The notes beneath the pieces are model-generated. The model was not told the DNA's origin, did no database searches, and was given only the letters and a program-made list of their open reading frames with translations. Positions 1 to 10,915 of a DNA stretch of 64,000 nucleotides are shown piece after piece (position 1 is the first letter of the stretch; the number at the start of each line of letters is the position of its first letter). Origin of the DNA: Eledone cirrhosa (lineage: Eukaryota); assembly GCA_964016885.1 (NCBI GenBank), contig CAXHJY010001609.1:372001-436000 (forward strand), in the 5' to 3' direction. Position numbers and translations under genes: made by a program.

Positions 1-45
1 GCCTTCATCTAGTAATAAATAATTATAATTCAGAAAAGAACTGAC

Positions 46-233
46 CTCAAAGGAAGCTAGTCGTAGTAGTTCCTCTTTCTTCTGTTTCTCTTCAGATTCA
101 ATCTTCGGAGATAATTTTATCGCATCGAGGTACATCTTGGGTTTAAGGTCGAGCCCGTGCCATAATCTGCCTGAGACATGATTGAAGATGGTCTCCAGGG
201 TACGGGGTAATATACCTGGTTCCTTCGGAGTTC
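46..233 (-). CDS. Kinesin-6 (KIF20A/B-like) coding exon 3
   Basis: Minus-strand translation (G)TPKEPGILPRTLETIFNHVSGRLWHGLDLKPKMYLDA...LRLASFE with a tgtag acceptor and a gtcag donor. It is in phase with the previous exon through a split Gly codon. GILPR is the motif following the kinesin P-loop. Confidence 0.9.
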
Positions 234-331
234 CTACAATAATAATAACACAATGGCAGTAGTTTTCAAAACAATGAATTATAGAAACTTTGGCATTTAG
301 TCAGACATTTAATTATCATTACACAAACACA

Positions 332-678
332 CATCATTATCATCATCATCATTTTACGTCCGCTTTTCCCTGCTTGCAAGGGTGGGATGGGAACTGATTC
401 TGGCTTGATTTCTACAGCTGGATGCCCTTCCTAACACCAACCTCATTCACAATGAGTGCTGGGTGCTTTTTTTGCCGTGGCACCTCCACGACCACTTTGC
501 AGTGGAATGATAGGGACCCCAGTCCCTATCATCTCATTTCTACAGCTGAGTAAACTGGAGCAATGTGAAATAAAGTGTCTTGCTCAAGGAAACAACGCAT
601 CACCCGGTCTGAGAATTGAACTCACAACCTTTCGATTGCAAGGCCAATGCTCTAACCACTAAGCCATGTGCCTCCACA
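332..678 (-). mobile_element. tRNA-derived SINE with RTE-type 3' tail, full length
   Basis: Minus-strand head TGGCTTAGTGGTTAGAGC...GAGTTCAATTC (A/B boxes), CORE-like CCTTGAGCAAGACACTT, tail GCGGACGTAAAA(TGA)n. Flanking direct repeat ACAAACACACA. Confidence 0.88.
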
Positions 679-904
679 AACACACACACAAATACACCAA
701 CACTCATACAATAAAATTCTATTATATCAAAATTTACGGGGTATAAAATAAAATTTATTGTAATGAAAAATTCTTTACAACGAGATCAACCAAAAGAAAT
801 CGAGCGATTGTTTGTTTATTACCTCAGGAATTGAAAAAAAAATTTTGTTATACTGAAAAATTCTTTATAACGGAATTTTACCTGTATATATATAACCCAA
901 TATA

Positions 905-1125
905 CACCCCACACCCCTACTCCATCCTCTAACTGTAAAGTGGTTGTGTAGGAGATGCGGTAAAAAGGCACTGTAAATGTGGTTAAGAAGGGCATCCAGC
1001 CGTAAAAAAATCCGCCAGAACGAGCGAGACATGGTCACCCGACCACTCTTTTCTCAAGTGCGTCAAAGCCGTCCAACCCATGCTAGCATGGAAGATGGAC
1101 GTTAAATGATGATGATGATGATGAT
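905..1125 (+). mobile_element. RTE/SINE 3'-end fragment
   Basis: GAAGGGCATCCAGCCGTA module followed by CCCATGCTAGCATGGAAGATGGACGTTAAA(TGA)n, as in the RTE 3' UTRs of this window. Confidence 0.7.
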
Positions 1126-1154
1126 ATATAATAATATAGAAAAAGAATGTATAC

Positions 1155-1410
1155 CTTGTACTGTATAAGTCTTGCCAGAGTTGGTTACTCCGTAGGCAAA
1201 TACGAGGCAGTTCTGTCCGCCGAGGAAGTTTTTCACAAGGCCCTCACATGTTTCACTGTAAAATTCACTCTGTTGGGTCTGCTCCTCAAATATCCTGGAG
1301 AACTTGAACGACTGGATGTTCTTGTTGGCTGTGTAGGTGCTGCTTTTAAAGGTGTTGGAGTCTTTCGGGGCATACGCAGTGATCAGTTGGCCGTCAATTA
1401 ACAAACAGCT
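1155..1410 (-). CDS. Kinesin-6 (KIF20-like) coding exon 2 with P-loop
   Basis: SCLLIDGQLITAYAPK...FKFSRIFEEQTQQSEFY...NCLVFAYGVTNSGKTYTVQG. GVTNSGKT is typical of KIF20A/B. caccag acceptor, gtatac donor; 256 nt, phase 0 to 1. Confidence 0.93.
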
Positions 1411-1910
1411 CTGGTGGATAGACACAAGAGAAGGTCAGTTAGGGGAGGGGTGTATGGAGTGACCAGCAATTAAACAGCTATGTTGGACAGACAAAAAATA
1501 TAAGGTGGAGGACCAATTAATAAACAGCTCTGGTGGAGAGACACAAGAGAAGGTCAGTTAGGGGAGGGGGTGTATGGAGTGACCAGCAATTAAACAGCTA
1601 TGTTGGACAGACAAAAAATATAAAGTGGAGGACCAATTAATAAACAGCTCTGGTGGAGAGACACAAGAGAAGGTCAGTTAGGGGAGGGGGTGTATGGAGT
1701 GACCAGCAATTAAACAGCTATGTTGGACAGACAAAAAATATAAAGTGGAGGACCAATTAATAAACAGCTCTGGTGGAGAGACACAAGAGAAGGTCAGTTA
1801 GGGGAGGGGGTGTATGGAGTGACCAGCAATTAAACAGCTATGTTGGACAGACAAAAAATATAAGGTGGAGGACCAATTAATAAACAGCTCTGGTGGATAG
1901 ACAAGAGAAG
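1395..1910. repeat. 120-bp tandem repeat (~4.3 copies) overlapping the kinesin exon-2 acceptor
   Basis: Near-identical lines recur at a 120-nt period (1501/1621/1741/1861). Confidence 0.92.
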
Positions 1911-2254
1911 ATAAAAGGACAGATGACAGTGGACACTAGAAAATATAAGGGTGTATGCACTGATCATTTGGTCATCAACTAACCCTTTAGCATTTAAACC
2001 AGCTCCTCATACTTATGTTAAGTTATTGTTCTCAAAATAAACATCAGCATCTCATAGATTCTGTATTAAGTGAGATAAAGTGTTTACTGTGAAAATACAA
2101 TAGCAAATGTAGAATAATGTAAATGCTAAAGGATTAAACAACTTTGATAGACAAGCAAATAAAAGTTAGAAGGGTGAGAGGTAACACTGACCCTTTTCAT
2201 TGTTATTTTTAGTGATTGAAACACTGGATATAATGAAAAATTAAATTTGCAGTT

Positions 2255-3120
2255 CACAGCTCTGTACAAATGTACTGGCCTAGTACAAATCTGTATCTCA
2301 TAGGTTTCCTGTCCTACTGTTACAGCTCACAACTCTGTAGATTTAGCTGGCCTAGTACAAGGTTGTATCTGATAGGTTTCCTGGGGTTTATAACAAGGGC
2401 TCTCCAGTCCAATCCTGTTACAGCTCTGTAAGTTTAGCTGGCCGAGTACAAGGTTGTATCTGATAGGTTTCCTGGGGTTTATGACAAGGGCTCTCCAGTC
2501 CAATCCTGTTACAGCTCTGTAAGTTTAGCTGGCCGAGTATAAGGTTGTATCTGATAGGTTTCCTGGGGTTTATGACAAGGGCTCTCCAGTCCAATCCTGT
2601 TACAGCTCTGTAAGTTTAGCTGGCCGAGTACAAGGTTGTATCTGATAGGTTTCCTGGGGTTTACAACAAGGGCTCCAGTCCTGTTACAGCTCTGTAGATT
2701 TAGCTGGCCTAGTACAAGGTTGTATCTGATAGGTTTACTGGGGTTTATGACAAGGGCTCCAGTCCAGTCCTGTTACAGCTCTGTAAGTTTAGCTGGTCTA
2801 GTACAAGGTTGTATCTGATAGGAGGTTTCTTGGGTATTTTAATGATAGAGTCTCCAATCCTGTTGTTGTTACAGCTCACATCTATGTAGGTTTAGTTGAC
2901 CTATAATGTTGTATCTCACAGGTTTCCTGGGGCTTTAATGATAGGGACCCCCAGTCTTGTCATGTTACAGCTAACATCTATGTAGGTTTAGTTGACCTAT
3001 AATGTTGTATCTCACAGGTTTCATGGGGCTTTAATGATAGGGACCCCCAGTCTTGTCATGTTATAGCTAATACCTATGTAGGTTTAGCTGGCCTCCAATG
3101 AGGTTATATCTCGTAGGGGG
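2255..3120. repeat. ~91-bp minisatellite with degenerate flanking copies
   Basis: GGGCTCTCCAGTCCAATCCTGTTACAGCTCTG recurs at 2397, 2488 and 2579; outer copies are diverged. Confidence 0.88.
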
Positions 3121-3288
3121 TTTATTTGGGTGTATTAATGACAAACCCACTTTTACATATTCTGTGTATAATCAGGACTTTCAAACAAATATAAAAACCT
3201 TAAAACAAACAGCTTTCTATCATAGAACTGGTGGTGGTTTCAAGCAGTTTGGTATCACAAGAGGTTAATCAAGAAAGATAAACTCTAC

Positions 3289-3441
3289 CTGATGTTTATT
3301 CTGCTTCTCTTCAGCAGTGAATGGTCGAACCCTCAGGTAAACCTTTAACTTCTCAAAGTTCTCTGTTGATTCCGAATAGAAGTCATCCAGCAAGCCATCT
3401 GCAATTTTCTCTTCTGCCGGAATGGTTTCACCACTTGACAT
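3289..3441 (-). CDS. Kinesin-6 (KIF20-like) first coding exon
   Basis: MSSGETIPAEEK...EKLKVYLRVRPFTAEEKQNKHQ, where VYLRVRP marks the motor start. 51 codons ending at a gtagag donor; ttaacag acceptor 10 nt upstream of the ATG. Confidence 0.88.
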
Positions 3442-3496
3442 ATTGTAGTTTCTGTTAATATATGCAGGAGATACAGATTATGTATCAAATATGTTA

Positions 3497-3800
3497 CATA
3501 GCCGGTAAACCCTAAAGGGACGCGATACACACATCGCTATAGTGTTTCACCAGCCCCGTCCTTCTCCAATCATTACGTAGATGTGTGTATATGAATGTTT
3601 CAGTAGATGTATGTGTGTATGTACGTTTGTAGTTCTGTTGTCTGTATCTGTTTGTGTATTTACATGTAGATGTGTGTGTATGTAACTAAAGTATAACACA
3701 CGAATGGATGACTAAATGATTTTAACTTGTTTTTTTAACAATTGATGGTGGAAAACATTTCAAATTGTCTTAACTTAAGCTGACACTCTTACCGGCTACA
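3497..3800. mobile_element. MITE-like element
   Basis: Terminal inverted TAGCCGGTAA / TTACCGGCTA about 300 bp apart, with no ORF. Confidence 0.45.
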
Positions 3801-3959
3801 TGGCCTCTTCCATTATATATATATATAAACACACATATATATATATACCATATTTGATAACTTATAAGACACACTACAATTTGCAGTTTAATTTAAGGGC
3901 CACTGCAGCACTAGAATTCCACTAGCCAACAAGATCCCAGACCCCATTCGCTTAACAAG

Positions 3960-4325
3960 TGGAGTGGAGTTCTTTCCAATTGTTAACACTATCCAGGAAG
4001 GAGGAGCAATGTAAAATAAAGTGTCTTGTTCAAGGAAACAATACAGAGCGGGTGATGTGTTGTTTCCTTGAGCAAGCAAGACACTTTATTTCACATTGCT
4101 CCAGTTTACTCAGCTGTAGAAATGAGATGATAGAGACTGGGGTCCCTATCATTCCACTGCAAAGTGGTCGTGGAGGTTGCCACGGCAAAAAAAAGCACCC
4201 AGCACTCACTATAAATGAGGTTGGTGTTAGGAAGGGCATCCAGCTGTAGAAATGAAGCCAGAAACGGTTCCCGTCCCACCCTTGCAAGCAGGGAAAAGCG
4301 GATGTCAAATGATGATGATGATGAT
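3960..4325. mobile_element. Two head-truncated SINE pieces joined head-to-head
   Basis: Minus-oriented core at ~4003-4045, then a plus-oriented SINE body and (TGA)n tail at 4049-4325. Confidence 0.75.
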
Positions 4326-4579
4326 ACTAACATAGTATCTGTCAAAAATGATAGGCTTCATAGTAAAAATATAATTCTTGATTACACATATTTTATTTAA
4401 ACATACTTCAATCCTTGATTTTCCTCAACGTTCTCCCTCTTGTTACTCTGACAATCATCTGAATTGATTTTATATTCATTTAAATCAATTACAATAATTT
4501 ACTTCCATTTTTTTTTTTTATCGCTATCAAATATATATCACTAAATTATGATGACTTCCTATCTATCTATTCAGTTTTT

Positions 4580-4652
4580 ATTGTATGTAAACTTCCCCCT
4601 TTGTATTTGTCCCCTTCTTTTGTTCCCCTGTGGCTAATAAAGAAACACATCT
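4580..4652 (+). mobile_element. Tx1-like LINE extreme 3' fragment
   Basis: TGTAAACTTCCCCCTTTGTATTTGTCCC...GTGGCTAATAAAGAAA resembles the 3' end at 35592-35650. Confidence 0.7.
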
Positions 4653-5460
4653 TTAGATTGCTATTGGGATTTGTGCTGTCCAAAGATGGTTACATTGGTA
4701 AATATAGATTGTCAGTCAAGTAGACAGACAGTAATATATAAATAGGTAGGTATATAGGTAGGTAGATAGAAAGGTATATAGATAGGTGGGTAAATGGATA
4801 GCAAATTGGTTTTGTTGTTTTAAGATAGATACATAGGTATATAGTCGCTGCTTGACCACTGAACATCTTGGCGACACCTTAAAAAAGAGAGAGGTAGGGA
4901 GGAAGATATCAAATTACCATTTCCAAAACAAATCTAACCCAGTCCACCCTACAAGGTGGTTATATTAGTGACACAACAAAAAGTACCCAGTCTACCCTAT
5001 AAGGTATTGGTGACAACGGAAAGTACCCAGTCTAGACTATAAAGTGGTCATATTAGTAACATTTATTTTATCGACCCACCCCATAATAATGGTTTCTCAT
5101 TTAGACACAAGATCAACAATTTTGGAGGAGGGAGAAAATCGATTAAATCGACCGACCCCAGTGTGTTACCGGTACTTTATTTTATTGAGCCTATAATAAT
5201 GGTTTCAGAATCAGGCACAAGGCCAAGAATTTTTGGGAGGGAAAGAAAAGGCCAAATAAATCGACCAAATAAATCAAGTCCGGTACTTTATTTTATCGAC
5301 CCTGTAAGGATGGTGTTGTAGTAATAATAATAATTATTATCATTATTATTATCTATGAATAAAGAAAGAATTATCTATTTCCCTGTTTCAGTTTAATCTT
5401 TGTCCAAAGTCCAAAATCAAATATGAAACAATAGACTGTCAAAAAACAAAATGCCTTTTC

Positions 5461-5640
5461 CTTACGAAATCTCTTAGCCATTCAAATATATTGTTAGCCT
5501 TTTTTAAAAAGAGAAATCAAACAGTATATGCCTATTTATGACATTTGAATTAAAGAGTTATGGCCGCGCTTAATTTTGAACATGAGAACAGCCAATCAGA
5601 AATCGAGAACAGCCAATCAGAATTTCAGCCAATCAAATTG
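5461..5640 (-). promoter_or_regulatory. Putative kinesin promoter and non-coding first exon: three CCAAT boxes plus CHR (TTTGAA) motifs
   Basis: AGCCAATCA three times (CCAAT at 5592, 5613, 5629). TTTGAA at 5544 and 5575 (+) and 5481-5486 (-). GGCCGCGC lies just before the 5575 CHR. A minus-strand GTAAG donor sits at 5461-5465. Confidence 0.65.
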
Positions 5641-5709
5641 TTCTGATTATACGGTCCGTTGAGTAAACCAAAGTCGGGTGAAACTTTTAAAATGTGGCAC
5701 TATAGAGAA

Positions 5710-5786
5710 GAGTGTAAGATTCGAACCATGTATCGGATAGCCCTAAGGTTAGTAAGCGGAGCTGCTACTAACTGAGCTACGGCGTT
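5710..5786 (-). pseudogene. tRNA-like sequence (tRNA pseudogene or SINE head)
   Basis: Minus strand GCCGTAGCTCAGTTAGTAG (A box) and GGTTCGAATC (B box); the anticodon and acceptor stems do not pair well. Confidence 0.5.
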
Positions 5787-6714
5787 GAAAGGAAAATCGC
5801 GCTTAAAATAAGCTTTATAAAGACAAACAAAATTTTCTGTTTCTTCATTTTGTTTTTTTCTTTTACCTAAGCAATTCACTCTTTTACTTATTTCTTATTA
5901 AATTACATTTAATTCCATTAAATATTTATTCTTGGTCATATTAAATTACTGTATCTTTATTCATGTCATTGTTAAAACTTTTATTTCTACATCTTTCATT
6001 TATACCCACTGTTACACCGGTCGTATAATTAGTTTTATAACACCGCTATATTACCTACATGAAAGAGGTAAATATTTATTTCTCTTGTCTTATTAAATGT
6101 ATAGAACATGTTTCTTATATATATTCTTAACGTAGCTACGACCGTATAATGGCCCGTGGATCATAAACTTTTAAGCCTGCTCATGTAGTACTGGATCATC
6201 TTCCAATGCAGGTATTTCTGCTGACACGATTCTGTCAATGTCTTCTCTGTTTCTTATCTTGTCTTCATTTCTTAAGGCTCAGTGTTATCATCTGTTTAGA
6301 TAATTCATTAAACCATTATACTCATCCACTCACAATTGGGCTTCATTGTTCCTCAAATATTGAAGCCTGCATCCCTCTACTTTCATATAGGCTTCCACTA
6401 AATACTGCTAAAATAATTTACCTGCCCTATATATCGCACTAAATCCTCCTCTATATGCTATACAGTATATGTAATACTCCTGCATTGTCAGTCTATTGCA
6501 AACACAGGTCCTGCATTCCTCTCCATGTCACTATGCCACCAAAATTAACCATTATGGGTCGGTCGTGAGGTCCAAGTGGCATGAATTTTGTGGTATTTTC
6601 TGAGGAGGATGGTCTTTAGGAAAGATGATAATATCTCTTTGTACAGGTGGTGTGCCCTCAATCCCCCACAAAACAACAGCTATCATTACTAGTTGGTAAA
6701 TTATAGCAGCTCAT

Positions 6715-7308
6715 GGACGAGAATGCAAGGGCTCCTCCTCTTTGTTTCGGCCGCGGATGGCTAACATAAGCCCCCCCCCCCCCCGGTCCCCACCGCTCCC
6801 ACCCTCCAAACGCAATCCAAAACTTCAGAGTTGGTACCATGAATGTAGCCACCTTAAAGGGTCGCTCTAACGAGGTTGTAGAAATGCTTGAACGTAAGGA
6901 GGTCGATGTTTGTTGTATTCAAGAGACCAGGTGGAGGGGTGGGTCCGCTAGATTCATCGTGGGTAAAGAACGATGCTATAAGCTTTTCTGGGTGGGAAAT
7001 GACAATGGGCTGGGTGGAGTAGGAATCATGGTAGCAGATAAGATAATAGACGTAAATAGAGTGAACGACAGAATAATTAAAATAAGACTTGTCCTCAATA
7101 GAACTACGGTGACAGTAATATCTGCGTACGCACCCCAATCCTAACTGCCCGGCACTATAAAAGACAGATTCTATGAGACACTGATGCTCACTACCTCCCA
7201 AATAACCGACAGTGACTATATAATTATTGCTGGCGACCTAAATGGTCACGTTGGACAACATTGTGACGGCTATGACGGAATCCATGGAGGCTATGGGTTT
7301 GGTACTAG
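6715..7308 (+). mobile_element. RTE LINE 5' fragment (APE endonuclease), decayed
   Basis: MNVATLKGRSNEVVEMLERKEVDVCCIQETRW...AYAPQS*, then IIAGDLNGHVG; paralogous to 10916-11528. Confidence 0.88.
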
Positions 7309-7705
7309 TGAGCACAGAGAGAGGGGGCTGCTACCTGTACAAGCCGATATAGAGAGATGGCCCACTTAGACGGGCCATTATTGCTACTTTCACCCATCTT
7401 TCATGGAATTGGCTGGGATTGAGTGCCTTTTTCTCCACCTTGATCCTTCTTTCGAAGTGGTATCGGAAGAAGAGGACCATTTGTTGGCCAGCGACATATC
7501 CCCACAGGTAAGAGAAGAAGGGAGCACCCCCCTTTCTCTGTGCTCCCTGGCAGAAAGGTCGCACACTTTCTACGGGGGTGTGTGTGACCCCAAACGGCTA
7601 ATAAATCGCAAAAAAACAAACAAACAAACAAACAAAAAAGGGGCAAATAAAGAAATCTATGCCCCAGTGGCAAATAAATCGCAAAAAAAAAATAATAAAT
7701 AAATC
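7309..7705. mobile_element. Tx1-like LINE 3' fragment with internal inversion
   Basis: 7331-7495 is the ORF2 C-terminus on the minus strand (FFRYHFERRIKVEK...RWVKVA). 7505-7680 is the 3' UTR on the plus strand, matching 35386-35650. Confidence 0.8.
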
Positions 7706-7828
7706 TATATTTCTTTTAACGGCTAAAAAAAGGGGGAATGTAAATTTGTTGGAATAGCCTCATACATTGAAGTAAGCAGCAACTGCAGCAAGTAAGCAGC
7801 ATTTATGCAGCTAAAATTGGATATCGCC

Positions 7829-8804
7829 GAGATAGGTATAATGAAGTTCTCTGGTGGGAGAACTACAGAAAACAAGTAATGTATGCCGGTTTTGAGATAG
7901 GTATAATGAAGTTCTCTGGTGGGAGAACTACAGAAAACGAGTAATGTATGCTGGTTTTGAGATAGGTATAATGAAGTTCTCTGGTGGGAGAACTACAGAA
8001 AACAAGTAATGTATGCCGGTTTTGAGATAGGTATAATGAAGTTCTCTGGTGGGAGAACTACAGAAAACAAGTAATGTATGCCGGTTTTGAGATAGGTATA
8101 ATGAAGTTCTCTGGTGGGAGAACTACAGAAAACGAGTAATGTATGCCGGTTTTGAGATAGGTATAATGAAGTTCTCTGGTGGGAGAACTACAGAAAACGA
8201 GTAATGTATGCTGGTTTTGAGATAGGTATAATGAAGTTCTCTGGTGGGAGAACTACAGAAAACGAGTAATGTATGCCGGTTTTGAGATAGGTATAATGAA
8301 GTTCTCTGGTGGGAGAACTACAGAAAACAAGTAATGTATGCCGGTTTTGAGATAGGTATAATGAAGTTCTCTGGTGGGAGAACTACAGAAAACGAGTAAT
8401 GTATGCCGGTTTTGAGATAGGTATAATGAAGTTCTCTGGTGGGAGAACTACAGAAAACGAGTAATGTATGCTGGTTTTGAGATAGGTATAATGAAGTTCT
8501 CTGGTGGGAGAACTACAGAAAACAAGTAATGTATGCTGGTTTTGAGATAGGTATAATGAAGTTCTCTGGTGGGAGAACTACAGAAAACAAGTAATGTATG
8601 CCGGTTTTGAGATAGGTATAATGAAGTTCTCTGGTGGGAGAACTACAGAAAACGAGTAATGTATGCCGGTTTTGAGATAGGTATAATGAAGTTCTCTGGT
8701 GGGAGAACTACAGAAAACGAGTAATGTATGCTGGTTTTGAGATAGGTATAATGAAGTTCTCTGGTGGGAGAACTACAGAAAACAAGTAATGTATGCTGGT
8801 TTTG
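7829..8804. repeat. 65-bp minisatellite, ~15 near-perfect copies
   Basis: Unit GAGATAGGTATAATGAAGTTCTCTGGTGGGAGAACTACAGAAAACRAGTAATGTATGCYGGTTTT with only two variable positions. Confidence 0.97.
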
Positions 8805-10915
8805 AATGCCATATTAGTTCGAAACGCATCAAAAATCATAGGAAAAACAAAATCAACCTTCAAAATTTCAACAAACCTATCAACTTAAAAATTTACCAAA
8901 ATACATTTGAGGTCTGTTCGACCAAAGTTAGTATATGGCTAAAAAAAACACAACCTCATAATTGTAATGATTGACGATAGAATTATTATTAATAAAGATT
9001 ATTTAAATTTCGAAAGGAAAAAATAGCTTATAAAAGTTGTTAGCAGCTGGACTTTGGTATAACACACAGGACTTGGTGATCTAGTTAACATTATGTAAAA
9101 CATATCGCGTATGATTTAGCTTTTGTCTTTCTTTCTTGGCACACATCCAAGTGTAACGGGGAAGAAATTCTTTTCAACTTTGGGACCAGAAAGAGATGAG
9201 AGAATAACAATGTCTAATCCCACGGTTATTTACACTTTTACTCCTTAATTGATTAGTTTGCTTTTCTATATGTTCAGTGAGGCATCTGTTATGTGATCGC
9301 TCGACCTGCTGAAAATAGAAGCTAATATTTTTAAAAAGGTAAATACACATTGGGTAATGTTCTAGCCCTACATTATGCGTAGAAAAAAAGTTATGGGCTC
9401 CGTTGAAACGACTAAATTTGGGCTGACCTGGGATTAAACAATAACCAAACTCACGAGCAATATGTTCGTGGAAAAGTCTTTTGTGTATCAAAATAATATT
9501 GTGGAAGTATGTTTAACCATAAAAACAAAACACACAAAACCCTTTTCATTTATTTCTTCGTGTCAAAATTTTCTTCTCAGTTTGTAACCTGGTCACTGAC
9601 CAATTCCATTGTAACTCTTGTGTATAAATGTGTATGCGCGCGCACACACACACACACACATATATATATATAATTATCAATACAACATTTTTAATGTTTG
9701 CATTACACCTATCAATGGTAGGAATTTTGTCTGTTCCACTTTAGTGCGTCTTGAATTACGTTTGTGAAAATGGTTGAATGATGCAGCACAGCACAGATAC
9801 TCATTTTATCAGTTATACCATTTATATGCATAACTGAGGACCAAACTGTACAAACTGGCTTGCTGTGTTGTACCTTATAGGGTTCAGCAGAACAGTCTAT
9901 TTCTGTATGCCGGCACATTCTCATAGTGGCCACAGTAAAGGATTAACCATTAAGCAAAATAAGCACATGCTTAGGGCCTTAAGTAAAGAGGAGGCCCCAT
10001 TGCGGTTTTTCCAGTACAGTATATGGAAGTACCACAATCCTTGCAGTGCTGTCCTTCAGTACTTATTGTGAGTGGTGTGCATCCAAGTAAATGAGGCTAG
10101 TGAGGATGTTCATAATGTAGCTATTTATGTGTGTATATGATAAGGATGGTGTTATGTAAAACACACCCAGCACACTCTGTAAGGTGGTTGGTGTTAGGAA
10201 GAACATTTAGCTGTAGAATCAATGCCAAATATGGAATGTAATGAGCAAGATTGGTTTCTCTGATCCGTTTAGTCTCCAACTGCTACTGTTGTTGTAGAGC
10301 TCAAGTTTCTAGGTGATTCAAGTAGGGTTAAAGTACAACAGTGCCTTGACAATGGTAGGAATATGTTATTGTTATGTCATATGTGTATGAGGCTATATAT
10401 ATGTTTTGTGGAAATGTAAGAAAATTTTGTTAGTGTAGATTGAAAAGATTAAATGGAAGTACGGGTCATGGAAAAAACCTCTATATGTAAACTTGACCTG
10501 CAGGGAATTGCAGCCGAGTGTTTCTGAAATACTTCTCTGTCATCTTAAAAGTCGTTACTTTAGTTGTTGATTGTGTTGATATTTTTTTTATACTATCAAA
10601 AGATATTATTTAATCCTTTTGATACCAAACTACCCTGGTTATAAGATATAAAACTGTTTTAACCCTTTATTATTTACATTAGTTTAGTCTTCTTCTAAGA
10701 AATGTAACGTACATATTTCATTTTCTTCTCAACTCTCCACATTCCTCTCGCCCCCACCTTATTATTTGGACCAATCACAAGTAAACGACCTATGCTAGCA
10801 CTCCTGGTTGCTTTTTTCGATATGATGGATGAACTAAGGAATTTCTGGAGAGTCAGAAGAATCTGGACACCCGAAGACAATGCAAAAGATAACGACAAAT
10901 TCACCTCATGATGCC

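Noticed and set aside
456-662. Recurrent 68-aa ORF (also at 15216)
   Set aside because: Antisense reading of the SINE; not a gene.
1102-1425. Stand-alone 107-aa ORF
   Set aside because: It is one kinesin exon plus intronic read-through; the true exon is 1155-1410.
5710-5786. Functional tRNA gene
   Set aside because: A/B boxes are present but the cloverleaf stems fail, so it is kept only as tRNA-like.
7829-8804. Hairpin-containing repeat array as CRISPR
   Set aside because: No unique spacers; it is a pure tandem repeat.
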